NCBI GenBank assembly: GCA_965219455.1 | Contig: OZ244744.1 | Location: 1,824,001 to 1,888,000, forward strand | From: Candidatus Latescibacterota bacterium | GTDB taxonomy: Bacteria; Latescibacterota; UBA2968; GCA-2709665 | DNA: 64,000 nucleotides | Reading direction: 5' to 3' | Shown here: positions 63,701-64,000 of the stretch, in pieces | Numbering within the stretch: the first letter of the stretch is position 1 | How the letters are laid out: each line of letters begins with the position of its first letter | The notes under the pieces: model-generated | Seen by the model: the letters and a program-made list of their open reading frames with translations, nothing else | What the model was told of the DNA's origin: nothing | Databases searched by the model: none | Program-made: the position numbers and the translations under genes

Positions 63701-64000
63701 CGCCAGTGCGTCCGCCGCCTCAGACACATCCTCCGCCCGGCTCACTCCCATCACAATCACGTGCCCCACACCCTCCACGGAACAAGGCGCCGTCCGGATC
63801 GCCCACCCTCCGGGCCCCGGCCACACCCGGTCTGTCAGATCGTACGCCCGGAAATATAGCGTTCGCAAAAGCGCGCTGTCCATCATATTCCCCAGCGCAA
63901 TCACATGGCGTCCGCCGATCTCACCACCCTCGTCAGGCAGAACGTCAACTGTAGACGGGAGCACCCCCTCCAGGACCGTTCTCAGACGCTCGGCCGCCAT
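60749..64000 (-). CDS. Heparinase II/III-like protein + beta-propeller (may extend beyond the window)
   Basis: WPGPGGWAIRT, RQNH, FDKVYFRSGW…YLLLCG..GGSHSYQD, DIDGDG/DVDGDG repeats; ATG sits exactly at the window edge. Confidence 0.72.
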   Translation of the reverse strand: MAAERLRTVLEGVLPSTVDVLPDEGGEIGGRHVIALGNMMDSALLRTLYFRAYDLTDRVWPGPGGWAIRTAPCSVEGVGHVIVMGVSRAEDVSEAADALAEVIEANGPVLPFQYRAKPGKWADLYLAPARERLAAGDADLEREYTSGAGDWDYMGAIATIGMLAVRTGMEALMAMFCRQVCHFARTRWFERDLPDPPQIHGFLRTLLLPFTILENHPCIPKEQREETLEAFLGLYRSSEGAGNTGFLSHVGVDRVRQNHQTRSALDLFYGGRYFHQVHGLAEGLGWMKLAEVFFDPQMTSNKPVCDSWGHQWTASLFNTADYALASGKADYLSSKPYLEGVDRALVAHSNLEGGPQQYLLMASAVTRNDEYLHFCGVSDEDALAERAIGGREEPLRTWVTGRQAATPDRLGRVGVAPLSRLFYDSLEEFGGLAPEGVYLRDLPFEQTFDKVYFRSGWADDDDYLLLCGISGGSHSYQDGNCIVRYTGRGRNWFGGRVGPASVRDHNGVSIAVDGAGPGCESRYAALRYLEEGERLCVAGTSMKSPGQADWYRHIVHAKAGWFLVIDEVWARADGEYLVEDRWHVYGDVEMADGALRAVQGDARLQMRHTGSGCQELIPVTSALAEEGTRWVQRSMRGLRSGEGVRFATLFWSDEKAHPRTYALNPEASGYRVEGEGSAATVSLSAECAVVEVREDAAILPTAGTTLDGSDAGPFVAAGGDAKPVWRGLCGATVTATDVWEGGCVAGDDSGGITAFDRNGGIRWKHAVSGGVRTVLALSDGGVVAGGEAEAVHRLDGSGREVWSYQLEWQPMNWDYWTWLNCKVLSLAAGDIDGDGRQEILAGCADRHVYAFDEGGGLMWRSACQWGPPTCLAVARLRDGRGRQVLAGMADPSIHGCVRVFESDGACVQTLSRPDIMSWSIPSWSRCLRAADVDGDGWEEVLSGVDTNHRQLIVYNRDGDVLWDADLGGAALSVETAGGCVYVGASNGYVQCFKADGIRLWSRFLVEPVIGLAPDGNGGCLVALRGGAAVGLDAEGAVRSSGGDGVEVTAAAAWPDGGLVAGRRDGTVECFFWNSGSAGRSNRE

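Overview
GC-rich bacterial DNA. The gene content (several GWxTD-TPR proteins, DUF6785-like membrane proteins, a PhyH dioxygenase, heparinase II/III-like enzymes) suggests a Latescibacterota/Poribacteria-like organism, which is an inference. From left to right: an ECF sigma/anti-sigma pair heading three GWxTD-TPR genes; a large GNAT-domain gene broken by a 109-bp CTAG-targeting MITE; a YtrA/GntR-ABC operon with three paralogous membrane genes, one split by a 1.7-kb element that has no terminal inverted repeats and encodes a non-DDE, Rep_trans-like protein; a ~0.9-kb array of palindromic repeats; an enolase-superfamily gene and two more GWxTD-TPR genes; a DUF6785-like gene; a complete group II intron with a visible EBS1/IBS1 match; nitrilase-family and uxuA genes; a low-GC three-gene cassette that may be a toxin-antitoxin or defence module; and a ~29-kb acidic-glycan utilisation region with five heparinase II/III-like proteins, a sugar ABC transporter, two DUF6785-like proteins, a beta-helix/PKD protein and PhyH. 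I found no rRNA, tRNA or CRISPR array. All family assignments come from recognising motifs by eye; no database searches were run.
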